A stretch of DNA of 64,000 nucleotides from Patescibacteria group bacterium (GCA_041665845.1 JBAYIC010000008.1:1335-65334), one strand, 5' to 3'; counted from the first letter of the stretch, positions 28,401-37,881 are shown. Notes: generated from the sequence alone by a model not told the origin. Numbers and translations are program-made.

Positions 28401-29915
28401 TTAAAAACTATGACGGCTAAATCCGCTAGCTGATGAGCGTCTGGATACCGGGCGACTTTTAGAGGGGCTCCCTTGCGCATTTCCGCCAAAAAATGGTTGA
28501 CCAAGTGTTCTACTTTCAGAAGCACCTCGAAATGAGGGCCTGTTTGATGAGGGATGGTTCGACGCTTTTTCAAACGCTGGACGAGAGGATGAGGGATGAC
28601 TACGTCTAGCCGCCGCACTACTAGATAGTTGAGGACGTTCTGATTTAAAGCCTGTAGCATATCCTGTAGCATTTCTAGGTTTTCCAGAGAAAGATTTTTT
28701 TCTAGCAGAACCAAAACTTTTAGCGGATGAGAATGATGACTCTTTAGCAAATTGAACAAATTCAGTGCGCTTAATATTTTTATTAATCAATTTTTCAATT
28801 ATCATAATCTCCTTGCGTTCATCAGCGGTAGCAAAAGTAATTGCTTTTCCTGATTTACCGGCTCGAGCAGTTCGGCCGATGCGATGAACATAATCCTCGG
28901 AATTATCCGGTAAATTATAATTAACAACTAATTCGATTCCGTTAACGTCCAAGCCCCGTGCGGCAACATCAGTTGCGACTAAGATACGTTCCTTTTTAGA
29001 TTTAAAACCCTCCAGAGCGGCACGACGACGGCCTAAAGAGAGGTTAGAATGAATTTCAACCGCTTTATGACCTAAAGATACTAATTTCATGGTTAAGGCT
29101 TTAACACCGTGCTTAGTCCGGCAAAAAACCAAAACTGAACCAGTATAAGTAACTAGAACTTTCAATAAATGATCGAAACGTTCTTCACCTTTAATAATAA
29201 AAATTTCTTGATCAACTTGAGCGGCCGTTGTTCCTGGAGGGGCGACTTCAATGCTAACCGGTAGTTTCATATAACTAGCAGCAATTTTTACAATCGCGGC
29301 CGGCATAGTTGCCGAAAATAACATCGTTTGACGTGCTTTCGGTGCTTGATCTAAAATTGCTTTAATTTGCGGGGCAAAACCCATATCAAGCATCATATCA
29401 GCTTCATCTAAAACTAAAGTGACGATATTATCAAGCTTGAAAGTTCGACGTTTAAGATGATCAATCAAACGTCCCGGAGTAGCTACAACAATATGCGGCT
29501 TTTTACGTAAAGCAAAAAGTTGGCGATCTAATGATTCGCCGCCGATTAGAACTGCCGTTCTTAGACCTAATGGTTGACCTAATTTTTTTAAACTTTCTTC
29601 AACCTGAATTGCTAATTCTCGAGTTGGAGCAACAACTAATCCTTGACCTTTTAGCTTACCAATTCGTTCTAACATGGGAATCCCATAAGCAAAAGTCTTA
29701 CCGGTTCCGGTTTGAGCAATACCAATTAAATCCTGACCAGCAATTGCGGACGGAATAGTCTTTTGTTGGATTGGTGTGGGATTTTCTAAATTAAGTTTAG
29801 AGAGGATTTCTAAGATCGAATTGCTAATACCTAAATCAGCAAATTTTGGTTCTTTTATGTCTTTTTCATCAGAAAAAGCAAGCGCTTCCGCGTGTGTGTT
29901 TGTAATATTTTTCAT
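28401..29915 (-). CDS. DEAD-box ATP-dependent RNA helicase with Ser/Arg-rich C-terminal tail
   Basis: 504 aa. Q motif, AQTGTGKT, PTRELA, VLDEADMMLD, SAT, HRIGRTARAG. About 110-aa S/R/P-rich tail. Confidence 0.92.
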   Translation of the reverse strand: MKNITNTHAEALAFSDEKDIKEPKFADLGISNSILEILSKLNLENPTPIQQKTIPSAIAGQDLIGIAQTGTGKTFAYGIPMLERIGKLKGQGLVVAPTRELAIQVEESLKKLGQPLGLRTAVLIGGESLDRQLFALRKKPHIVVATPGRLIDHLKRRTFKLDNIVTLVLDEADMMLDMGFAPQIKAILDQAPKARQTMLFSATMPAAIVKIAASYMKLPVSIEVAPPGTTAAQVDQEIFIIKGEERFDHLLKVLVTYTGSVLVFCRTKHGVKALTMKLVSLGHKAVEIHSNLSLGRRRAALEGFKSKKERILVATDVAARGLDVNGIELVVNYNLPDNSEDYVHRIGRTARAGKSGKAITFATADERKEIMIIEKLINKNIKRTEFVQFAKESSFSSAKSFGSARKKSFSGKPRNATGYATGFKSERPQLSSSAAARRSHPSSSRPAFEKASNHPSSNRPSFRGASESRTLGQPFFGGNAQGSPSKSRPVSRRSSASGFSRHSF

Positions 29916-30001
29916 ATAAAAATAAGTGACCCGATTATCTATTAGGCCACTTATTTTATGACTTTATATAACTGATATTCGAATCTTGATTTAATACCTT
30001 A

Positions 30002-30030
30002 AAAATAGCACGTATTTTTAATTAAGTCAA
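30002..30030 (-). promoter_or_regulatory. extended -10 promoter of the helicase gene
   Basis: Gene-sense TTGACT, 17-nt spacer ending TGc, TATTTT. The leader contains an 8-bp hairpin AAGTGGCC...GGTCACTT. Confidence 0.5.
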
Positions 30031-30060
30031 GAGTTTAAGCTGAATTTCGATTTATCGTTT

Positions 30061-31167
30061 TTATCTCTTCGCTCCGGAATAAGCAATTGATCGAACAATA
30101 TTCCAAGCTAAAGCGTTAACTGGATCATGAGCATAAACCCAGCGGAAAGTTTTAATCGCGACTTTTTCGCTATTTAGATTGCGTTGGAGTGGTAATAAGC
30201 CATAAGCGATAACCATAATCGCGTTTTCATCAATATTATTAGTCATAACCGCACTTCGGGCATAGACCTTCTTAAATTCAACCTTGGCTTGAGCTTCAGC
30301 AGTTGTGCTTCGTTCACTTGGCCAACGGCCACTTCCAATCTTTAAAACATCGGACCATTCCGCTTCGGTATTTGGTAATTTGCCATAAGCTTGGAAATAG
30401 GAGTTAACAACTGCTCCTCTTTCCCCCGCTCCTAAACGCTGAGTTCCGCGAGTTCCATAAACGATAAAGTCGTTAATGGTTGCTTTTTCATCAGCGCTGA
30501 TTTTTTTATCAAGTCCGAGAATTGTCTTATATTTTGTTAAACCATTTTGTTCACCGCTCAAGTTTTCGCTATTTCCCAAATGACCTAATAATTGATTAGT
30601 ATCTTTAGTATTTAAGATTACCGCCTCTGAAGCAATTTCAGCTAAAACAGTATTAGCCGGAACAGCTGGCGTCGCTGGCGTCGCTGGAGTTTCGGTTGGA
30701 GTTGCTGGAGTTGCTGGTTCAGCTGGTGTAGCGGCTTGGCAATTTCTCTGAGCGGCTGTTTGTTGAGCAGAAGTTAAAGTACAAGTACTTGGGGATGTAC
30801 TAACGACTGATCTAGTTTGAAGATTTCCAAAACAAGAAGCACTCCAATCGGAATAAGTAACAGAAGTACAAGCAGGAGTTGCGCTACCTCCTCCGCCTCC
30901 TCCGCCGCCACCAGCAGCGTTACAAGCGCTACCGCTTAAAGTATAGCCGGAATTACAAGTTATCGTACAAGTTGGATAAGCAGCGACTGAGCCGTTTGAA
31001 ACGGTTAAGGGACTGCAGTTGGTAACTGAACCCGTTAATCCAGTTGCTAAAGTAGGCCCATTCAAATTTTGTTCTGGGCTAACAACGGCCGACACAGATG
31101 ATGTTCCAATTAATATTATTAGAGCGGAAAGGACAAAACTAATTATTATTTGATTTTTTATTTTCAT
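30061..31167 (-). CDS. hypothetical secreted protein (Cys-rich module, Gly9 run, PAT-repeat linker, conserved C-terminal domain)
   Basis: The track ORF starts at TTG 31209. I prefer ATG 31167 (MKIKNQIIISFVLSALIILIGTSSVSA, a signal peptide). GGGGGGGGG, then PAEPATPATPTETPATPATPAVPA. Confidence 0.7.
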   Translation of the reverse strand: MKIKNQIIISFVLSALIILIGTSSVSAVVSPEQNLNGPTLATGLTGSVTNCSPLTVSNGSVAAYPTCTITCNSGYTLSGSACNAAGGGGGGGGGSATPACTSVTYSDWSASCFGNLQTRSVVSTSPSTCTLTSAQQTAAQRNCQAATPAEPATPATPTETPATPATPAVPANTVLAEIASEAVILNTKDTNQLLGHLGNSENLSGEQNGLTKYKTILGLDKKISADEKATINDFIVYGTRGTQRLGAGERGAVVNSYFQAYGKLPNTEAEWSDVLKIGSGRWPSERSTTAEAQAKVEFKKVYARSAVMTNNIDENAIMVIAYGLLPLQRNLNSEKVAIKTFRWVYAHDPVNALAWNIVRSIAYSGAKR

Positions 31168-31234
31168 AAATTTTAAGAGTAAAATCTTTAGCGGGCCGAT
31201 ATAAATCAACCCGCTTAAATTCTAATTAGTTCTT

Positions 31235-34200
31235 TTATTCATAGTTTACCCAATAACTTGTTGAATACGATCCAGATGCTGTAGAGGAAGGAATCTTTAC
31301 CATAACATGAACATCTGTCTGTATGCCATCAAGAGTGGCATCGGCATCTGTTGATACGGTTAAGTTGGCCGGAAAAGTATTCGCCGTTGCAAATGGCACC
31401 GCAGTTTCTGCAGAGCTACCTGTCCCAGATCCAATTTGTTCTGAATAATATTTCATGTTACCAGCGGCGGTTAAACTATTTGAACCCGATGTCCAATTAT
31501 TAAACTTGAGGGCAAAATCGTTTTGATTTGTTGGAAGAGTTATTCTTATTTTCCATTCCCAACCGTTAGTATAAGTATTATCAGCTGCGCCTCCGGTTGT
31601 TTGATTTGTAATATTGGTAGTGCTAACAATACCGAAAGTACCAGCACCAGCAGCAACAGTTGTAAAGTCATAATCAGCATTAGCAGCCAAGGCATTGCCC
31701 GATAGATCTTTAACTCCGGTTGATATTCTATAAATATAATTTCCGGAATTACTTAGATCAGAAGTTGGGTTAATATAAATTTTAGTAGAAGCGCCGTTAT
31801 TTTCTAAACTTATTGTAGCAGCAACCTCAGTATCAGTTCCAATATTAACCGCATCAGCAGTTCCTAAATCATTATAAAGTTTTATTGTATTGTTATTAAC
31901 TGTTAATTGATCTAGGGCTTCGCTCATCGTTATTGTTATTGTTGAATTAATTGCAACTCCAGTTGCGGCATCGGCAACTGAAACTGCCGTAATTGTCGGA
32001 GCGGTACTTTCCGAACTTATTCCAGCAGCTGTATAGACAGCGGCAACAGCGTTATTTCCAACCAAGTCTTTAATATTTGTGGTATTTGGAGTTACTTTGA
32101 CCCATTTACTGCTCGGGATTGAAGATCCGTCAGTTACTTCATCTAAAGTAATTCTAACAATTGTCTTTGTTGCGTCAGTAAAGATAATTGTCGCATTAGC
32201 TAAGGATAAAGTTTGAATGTTCAAACCTGAGTTATTATCAGCATATTGAACAGTCCAATTACTGTTAGTTAAAGCGGTGTCCGCTAAAACTTCATCAGAA
32301 GTAATAGTAACAGTATCTCCGCCACCGTTAACAGAAGCGGCTGCTATAGTAATTGTTGGAGTGACTGCTTCTTTGGCAACAGCGGCAGAGGCTACTCCTG
32401 AAGTTGAAACCGGATTACCAGCAAGATCAGTAACCGTAGCAGCTAAAACAACTGTTTCTGTCACTCCGTTTACAATATAAGAAGTATCAATCGCTTCGTT
32501 CAAGGTAATTGTGTAAACAGTATCGCCAGCGCTCCAAACACCAGTGGCATTAGTTAAAGTTAAAGCTCCTCCCGTGGAACCAGTAATAGAGGTAATTCCT
32601 GTCAATGAATCAACGTCTAGCGTTGCGGGAATCATGGCTTCACTAAAAGTTAGAGCTACCGTGTCTCCACCTTTATCAATAGAAACCCCGGCTACAGTAT
32701 ACGTAGGAATATTGGCGTCAACCGCGTCAGAATCTTGAGTAATAGGAGTAACGTAGGTGTTGCTTGGATTACCAGCTGCGTCAGTTACAATCAAGCCAAC
32801 AATTGGGATGACTGCACCAGCAATAACATCAGTTCCGCTATTAGTAACAGTAAAGGTGGCGGTTAAAGTTGTATTACTGGTGACGGCCAAACTTCCTAGA
32901 GCAAATCCACCAATAGTCCCACCAGTTAAGGTAGTTCCAGTTGCTACTCCATCATCATCAATAGTAATTGTAGCGGTAACAACATCACCGACATTCATCG
33001 CGACATTAGGGATAGAAACGCCGGTAATGTTTGGCAAGTTAGCATCAATTAAATCACTGGCTTGAGCAATCGGCGTAGAATAAGCTGTGTTGACGTTCAA
33101 AGCGGTGTCAGTTAAAACCAAATTTGTAACTGGAATACTCGCGCTAGCCGCAACATCCGTGCCATTATCGGTTATTGTAAAAGTCGCGGTATAAGTAGTG
33201 TCCCCTGTTTTGGTTAAAGCTCCGAGATTAAAACCACCAATAGCACCGGAAACGAGAGTAAAAGTATCAGCATCAGTGCCGGTTGTAATGGTCGCCGTAA
33301 CAGTATCACCAACATTCATTGTAACATCAGGAATTGAAACGGAAACTATATCAGGATTATTAGCATCAATTGCGTCGGCGTTTTGTGTGATATCAGCTGT
33401 ATAAGTATTACTTGGATTCCCGGCGGCATCAAGTAATGTTAATCCGACTACTGGCACAACCGCGCCAGTGGCGATATCCGTGCCGTTATCGGTTACTGTG
33501 AAAGTAGCTGTAATAGTTGTATTACCAACAATGATTACGCTGGCCGGATTTAAAGTAAACCCACCGATAGTTCCACCTGTTAAGGTGGTGCCAGTGGCGT
33601 CTCCATCATCAGCAATAGTAATGGTAGCGGTAACAGTATCACCAACATTCATAGCTGAATTAGGAATACTAACATTAGTTATGTCTGGGGAATGAGCATC
33701 TACGACAAGCGTGTTAGCAGTTACCGTTGTATAAGCAACATTAGTGTTTCCTGCAGTATCGGCAAACACTACACTAGCCGGTAAAGCATTAGAAGCTCTA
33801 TCCGTATCATTTTCTGCTACTGTATAAGTAAAAGTATAAGTATTATCGCCAACATCAGTGAATGAACCAACGGCTTTAGTATTTACTGTGACAGCGCTTT
33901 GTACGTACAAAGGAGCATCAGCGGTAACTGTTACCGTAATAACATCACCAACATTAGCATAGCCAGATGATGGTGATATTGCAATTGCACTTACTATTGG
34001 CGCATTAGCGTCAACGGTGACGGTACCGCTAGAAGTAGGAGCACTAATATAAGCTATACTCGAATTAGTTGCTGCATCAATAAGAATAACACTAACCGGA
34101 ATAGCACCAACAGAAGCGCGGTCGGTATCAAGAGAAACTACCGTGTATGTTCCAGTGTATACTCCGCCAGTCGCATCGGCGAAAGCGCCTAAAGGCTGGC

Positions 34201-35374
34201 CATTAATTGTAATAGCTCCGGCAGTGTAGCCGGCAGCATCGGCAGTAATTGTTACTGGGATTGCGTCACCAATTTTATAAGCTCCGGCAGTAATTGCAAC
34301 ACCGGAAATTATCGGTCGATTTGCGTCAATTGCATCGGCGTTTTGTGTAATATCAGCCGTATAAGTATTACTTGGATTGCCAAGAGCATCAAGCAAGGTT
34401 AATCCGACTACTGGTACAACAGCACCGACGGCTACATCTGTGCCACCATTAGCGATAGTAAAGGTAGCGGTTATTGAAGTATTGCCAACAATAATTACAC
34501 TGGCTGGATCTAAAGTAAATCCACCAATAGTTCCACCAGTTAAGGTAGTTCCAGTTGCTACTCCATCATCATCAATGGTAATAGTGGCAGTAACAACATT
34601 ACCGACTTTCATTGCAACATTAGGAATAGAAACACCGGTAATGTTCGGCAAGTTAGCGTCAATCGAATCTCCCGCCTGGGAGATTGGCGTTGAATAAGTC
34701 AAACTCGCATTAGTGGCGGTATCAGTTAAAACTAAATTAGCAACGGGAACATCTGAACCCGCAGCAACATCCGTACCGTTATCAGTCACTGTGAAAATAG
34801 CGGTATAAGAAGTTGCGCTTGTTTTTGCTAATGACCCGAGAGCGAATCCACCAACAGTTCCGGAAGTAAGAGTATAGGCATCTGAGTCACTGCCAGTAGT
34901 GATTGTGGCTGTTACAACATCGCCAACGTTCATAGCTGTATTAGGAATGGAAATATTAGATATTGTCGGTTTAGTATTATCAACTGTAAAAACAGCATTA
35001 GAGGTATCACCGATAAGAGTATCGGCGTTTGAGGTGACTTTAATTTTATAAGTTGCCGCATCACCGCCAGCAGTAGCTGTGTCCCAGGCCTCGCTTCCAT
35101 CATTAGCGGTCCCGGCAACAATTAAAGTATAGCTGTTGGAATCACAATTAGCGCCCACACAATAATAAATATTAACTGTAGCTGGATCAGCTTCGGGAGT
35201 TGTGGCCCAAGTAATATTTTTTGAGCCATTCCAATTTTCACCGCCATTAGGGGTAGTTACGGAAACAGCGCTAATAGCCGCTTTGGCCGATGGCACAACC
35301 ATCATCATTCCCATTCCAATAACCAAAAGGGCTATAATGAACAGAGAAATTTTGTTTTTTAAAAAGTTTTTCAT
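31235..35374 (-). CDS. giant surface (S-layer-like) protein made of tandem Ig-like repeat modules
   Basis: 1379 aa. Signal peptide with AKA cleavage context. At least 9 repeats of ~100 aa (…SIPN.AMNVGD.VTATIT…GG.IGGF.L…TATFT..N.GTD…IDAN). C-terminal SbsA/Big_5-like segment (ITAVSVADAATGVAINSTITITMSEAL). Thr/Ala/Val/Gly-rich. Confidence 0.85.
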   Translation of the reverse strand: MKNFLKNKISLFIIALLVIGMGMMMVVPSAKAAISAVSVTTPNGGENWNGSKNITWATTPEADPATVNIYYCVGANCDSNSYTLIVAGTANDGSEAWDTATAGGDAATYKIKVTSNADTLIGDTSNAVFTVDNTKPTISNISIPNTAMNVGDVVTATITTGSDSDAYTLTSGTVGGFALGSLAKTSATSYTAIFTVTDNGTDVAAGSDVPVANLVLTDTATNASLTYSTPISQAGDSIDANLPNITGVSIPNVAMKVGNVVTATITIDDDGVATGTTLTGGTIGGFTLDPASVIIVGNTSITATFTIANGGTDVAVGAVVPVVGLTLLDALGNPSNTYTADITQNADAIDANRPIISGVAITAGAYKIGDAIPVTITADAAGYTAGAITINGQPLGAFADATGGVYTGTYTVVSLDTDRASVGAIPVSVILIDAATNSSIAYISAPTSSGTVTVDANAPIVSAIAISPSSGYANVGDVITVTVTADAPLYVQSAVTVNTKAVGSFTDVGDNTYTFTYTVAENDTDRASNALPASVVFADTAGNTNVAYTTVTANTLVVDAHSPDITNVSIPNSAMNVGDTVTATITIADDGDATGTTLTGGTIGGFTLNPASVIIVGNTTITATFTVTDNGTDIATGAVVPVVGLTLLDAAGNPSNTYTADITQNADAIDANNPDIVSVSIPDVTMNVGDTVTATITTGTDADTFTLVSGAIGGFNLGALTKTGDTTYTATFTITDNGTDVAASASIPVTNLVLTDTALNVNTAYSTPIAQASDLIDANLPNITGVSIPNVAMNVGDVVTATITIDDDGVATGTTLTGGTIGGFALGSLAVTSNTTLTATFTVTNSGTDVIAGAVIPIVGLIVTDAAGNPSNTYVTPITQDSDAVDANIPTYTVAGVSIDKGGDTVALTFSEAMIPATLDVDSLTGITSITGSTGGALTLTNATGVWSAGDTVYTITLNEAIDTSYIVNGVTETVVLAATVTDLAGNPVSTSGVASAAVAKEAVTPTITIAAASVNGGGDTVTITSDEVLADTALTNSNWTVQYADNNSGLNIQTLSLANATIIFTDATKTIVRITLDEVTDGSSIPSSKWVKVTPNTTNIKDLVGNNAVAAVYTAAGISSESTAPTITAVSVADAATGVAINSTITITMSEALDQLTVNNNTIKLYNDLGTADAVNIGTDTEVAATISLENNGASTKIYINPTSDLSNSGNYIYRISTGVKDLSGNALAANADYDFTTVAAGAGTFGIVSTTNITNQTTGGAADNTYTNGWEWKIRITLPTNQNDFALKFNNWTSGSNSLTAAGNMKYYSEQIGSGTGSSAETAVPFATANTFPANLTVSTDADATLDGIQTDVHVMVKIPSSTASGSYSTSYWVNYE
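32907..33049. repeat. intragenic DNA repeat, copy 1 (partner 34521..34663)
   Basis: 143 bp, about 90% identical by eye to 34521..34663. The offset of 1614 bp is in frame. Confidence 0.8.
33367..33665. repeat. intragenic DNA repeat module (partner 34327..34625)
   Basis: About 300 bp, roughly 75-80% identical by eye at an in-frame offset of 960 bp. Both start CAATTGC(G/A)TCGGCGTTTTGTGT(G/A)ATATCAGC. Confidence 0.75.
34521..34663. repeat. intragenic DNA repeat, copy 2 (partner 32907..33049)
   Basis: See the partner entry. Begins CCACCAATAGT(T/C)CCACCAGTTAAGGTAGTTCCAGTTGCTACTCCATCATCATCAAT. Confidence 0.8.
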
Positions 35375-35498
35375 AGTTTTGAAATCAAAGAAAAAGATAA
35401 ACTTGTTTCTCTAATTTTATTTTTTAGTTTTTAAAATTCTATTATATATATTTAAATTAATTATTTTTTAATTATTTCTATTTAACAATAAATGTTAT

Positions 35499-35572
35499 AA
35501 AGTGAAACACGAAATTATCAGATATGGTAGTGGTTGAATGCATCACCACATCCTTTACTCGCGTTTCACTTT
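35499..35572 (-). promoter_or_regulatory. large stem-loop upstream of the S-layer-like gene (candidate 5' leader structure or operator)
   Basis: 14-nt arms at 35499-35512 and 35559-35572. They pair completely only in minus-sense RNA (AAAGTGAAACGCGA / TCGTGTTTCACTTT, one G:U pair). An inner hairpin is GTGGT...ACCAC. Confidence 0.4.
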
Positions 35573-35619
35573 GTAATATCTATTGTATTTCACACAATTT
35601 AATCACTTATTTTTCTTAA

Positions 35620-35675
35620 AAAAACAAAAAAACATCACAAAAGACGGTTCAACCACATTTATGATGCTTTTTTTA
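35620..35675. terminator. bidirectional terminator ending the corA operon
   Basis: CATCACAAA...TTTATGATG hairpin (35633-35666). In minus sense the single mismatch becomes G:U, and it is followed by TTTTTTTGTTTTTTT. Confidence 0.6.
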
Positions 35676-35858
35676 ATTTCACATTTTCTCTGAAAATTTA
35701 AAGTCATGACCTAATAAATTTTTATAACCACAAATCAAAAACTTTTGGTTATAAATTTTACCGGATCTCAATTTTATTTTTTCCTTATTTTTATTTTATT
35801 TTTATCTTACCATTATTATAAAACTTTTTGACAAAGGGCGCAAGTATTTGTCTTTCAA

Positions 35859-36302
35859 TTATTTAATCTTAGTTAAATCACTATTAATAACAATTAGCTT
35901 CATGCCTAAAAGTTCTTCTTTATAATTAATTTCCGGGATCGGATTTAACAAAAATATTTTTTCTTTCAAATGAAATGCTAGTCCAATTTCTAAAAAAGTA
36001 TTACCGCCAATATAATTTGCAATTCCATTTTTATCGTAATTCAAAACTAAAACAGCTTCCGACCATTCAATTTTTTCAAAATGGGCGCGGATAGCGGCTT
36101 CTTTTCTATCCCAAATCCAGCCCGTTTCGCTCGTTTCGGCCTTTCGTCTCTCATAATATTCTTTAATCGGGACGACATTTCCCTCTTCGTCCATTACTTC
36201 AGAGATTGGTAATTTTACCTCATGTCCCAAGACTTCTAGTTGCCTCTTAACATCCAACATCTCATCATAAAAAGCGATACTCCCGCAAAGAGTGATTTTC
36301 AT
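35859..36302 (-). CDS. hypothetical protein (nucleoside 2-deoxyribosyltransferase-like fold suspected, weak)
   Basis: 147 aa. The N-terminal MKITLCGSIAFYDEM pattern resembles the NDT-like superfamily. No catalytic residues verified. Confidence 0.45.
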   Translation of the reverse strand: MKITLCGSIAFYDEMLDVKRQLEVLGHEVKLPISEVMDEEGNVVPIKEYYERRKAETSETGWIWDRKEAAIRAHFEKIEWSEAVLVLNYDKNGIANYIGGNTFLEIGLAFHLKEKIFLLNPIPEINYKEELLGMKLIVINSDLTKIK

Positions 36303-37234
36303 AATTTTAGAGTTTTAAGAAGCAATGGTAAAATCTGCTTCCTTAATAATAATTTATTATTTTTAGCTATTTGGTTTTCATTAAATGTTAGAGTTAAAGA
36401 TGCGGATAATAAAGCTCTAGTTTCCTCATCAATTGCTACAAAAATATTATAATTTTTCTTAATATCAGCCGCGTTTAAAAAGATATACTTCAATTGATAT
36501 TTCTCTTTTAGTTCTATCAAAACCGTCTTTATTTCCTCAATTTTTTTCTCAACAATTTTATTTAAATTAAAACCTTCAAGCTGCGCTATTCCGATCCCAT
36601 TATCAAAATTCTTAAAATCGCTAATAATAGACTCCTCCAAATGCTCTTTGATATATTCTGTTTTATATAAGAACATCTTACTTATAAAATCAGGCGGAAT
36701 TTTTACTCCATAATCATTTTCTAAAGCTTCAACCGCCGCCCTATCTCTCTCGTTTGCAACATCGGATTGGAAATTAAGAGTATTTGAATAAATAGCGCCT
36801 AAAAGTAAGAAAACGCTATTTTTATCAAGCGGTAATTTTTGTTGTTTTATTTTTTCAAATATTAAAGTCGCGGCCGCTCCTACTTTTTCAATTTGTATTT
36901 TAGCTTGCGGGAATAATTCTGGCGCTCTGTGAGTTTCTCTGTGGTCTATAACCTCGATAACATCCTCGGCTCTGATAACCTCGGACATTCCTTTGAGCTC
37001 ACTTGCATCAACCAAAATAAACTTATCAAATTCTGTTTCCGGGTTATATACTAAACCACTTGTTATCGTGAGTTGCTCTAATACATATCTAGCTTCAATA
37101 TGAGGCTCGCCATATATACCAGCAACATATTCATTTTTCTTATCAGTACTATTTAAAAAGGCGGCGTAAGCATAAGCACAAGCAACGCCATCTAAATCTT
37201 GACCAATTTTTGCAGTAATAAGTATTTTAGACAT
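36299..37234 (-). CDS. DHH/DHHA2 phosphoesterase (family II inorganic pyrophosphatase-like)
   Basis: 311 aa. DLDGVACAYAYA (DHH motif I/II region). VIDHRETH stands in place of the DHH motif. The C-terminal half is DHHA2-like. Confidence 0.55.
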   Translation of the reverse strand: MSKILITAKIGQDLDGVACAYAYAAFLNSTDKKNEYVAGIYGEPHIEARYVLEQLTITSGLVYNPETEFDKFILVDASELKGMSEVIRAEDVIEVIDHRETHRAPELFPQAKIQIEKVGAAATLIFEKIKQQKLPLDKNSVFLLLGAIYSNTLNFQSDVANERDRAAVEALENDYGVKIPPDFISKMFLYKTEYIKEHLEESIISDFKNFDNGIGIAQLEGFNLNKIVEKKIEEIKTVLIELKEKYQLKYIFLNAADIKKNYNIFVAIDEETRALLSASLTLTFNENQIAKNNKLLLRKQILPLLLKTLKL

Positions 37235-37237
37235 ATT

Positions 37238-37870
37238 TTATTTTTTCCCACTTATAATCCATCTTCCTCTATCCGCGAGTAATTCCATTTTTATATCTTT
37301 AAAATCAGAAAACATTTCTTTTATTTCTTCTTTGGTATATGAACTATGTGGTAAGCCTTTTTCTGGGCCAGAAAGCGGGATGCGCGTTCCCGATTCTATT
37401 TCTTCATGATCAACCATCATCGTCCAATGAGAACTTCCTTCATTATCAGGTAAAGTAATAAAAAAATATCCACCAGGCAACAAAGCCGGGTAAATCTGTT
37501 TAATTAAACTACGAACTTGTTTTTTAAGACCATGGTGAATAGCGGCGATGGAAATGATTAAATCATATTTAGCTGGCGCTAAACTATATTCATACATATC
37601 CGCACATTGAATATTTGAATCATCTTTTAAACTTGTTTTAGTTATTTCAACTGCAGTCGGACTAGAATCTATACCGTCTGTTTTAAAACCAATATTTTTT
37701 AAAAATATTAAATATTTACCATTACCACAACCAAGATCTAAAGCTTTTTTAACTTTAAAATTACTAACAGCAATAAAATGAATAAATTCCGGAATCAACC
37801 CTTTTCTTAAAGTCGCATATTCTTCGCCACCATTTTTATAATCTTGATATATTTTATCCCAAACCGTCAT
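37238..37870 (-). CDS. class I SAM-dependent methyltransferase
   Basis: 210 aa. Motif I ALDLGCGNGKY. Post-I DGIDSS. Confidence 0.8.
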   Translation of the reverse strand: MTVWDKIYQDYKNGGEEYATLRKGLIPEFIHFIAVSNFKVKKALDLGCGNGKYLIFLKNIGFKTDGIDSSPTAVEITKTSLKDDSNIQCADMYEYSLAPAKYDLIISIAAIHHGLKKQVRSLIKQIYPALLPGGYFFITLPDNEGSSHWTMMVDHEEIESGTRIPLSGPEKGLPHSSYTKEEIKEMFSDFKDIKMELLADRGRWIISGKK

Positions 37871-37881
37871 ATTATTTTAAT

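Noticed and set aside
28379-28759. 126-aa minus-strand ORF overlapping the helicase 3' region
   Set aside because: It is out of frame with, and nested in, the well-supported DEAD-box helicase C-terminal tail.
32700-34700. Regularly spaced repeats that could suggest a CRISPR array
   Set aside because: The repeats are 140-300 bp, imperfect, in frame and inside one long ORF. There are no short direct repeats with unique spacers and no cas genes.
31523-35414. Ten plus-strand ORFs of 60-106 aa antisense to the 1379-aa surface protein gene, plus one same-strand out-of-frame ORF (34930..35121)
   Set aside because: They are by-products of the repetitive Thr/Ala/Val/Gly-rich coding sequence, whose complement is stop-poor. 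They are mutually similar only because the sense repeats are.
35499-35572. Possible parS site, because the arms contain GTGAAACA and GTTTCAC (halves of the TGTTTCACGTGAAACA consensus)
   Set aside because: The half-sites are in the wrong relative order and are separated by 46 bp, so this is not a ParB-binding palindrome. I saw no true parS in the parAB flanks, though my scan by eye was not exhaustive.
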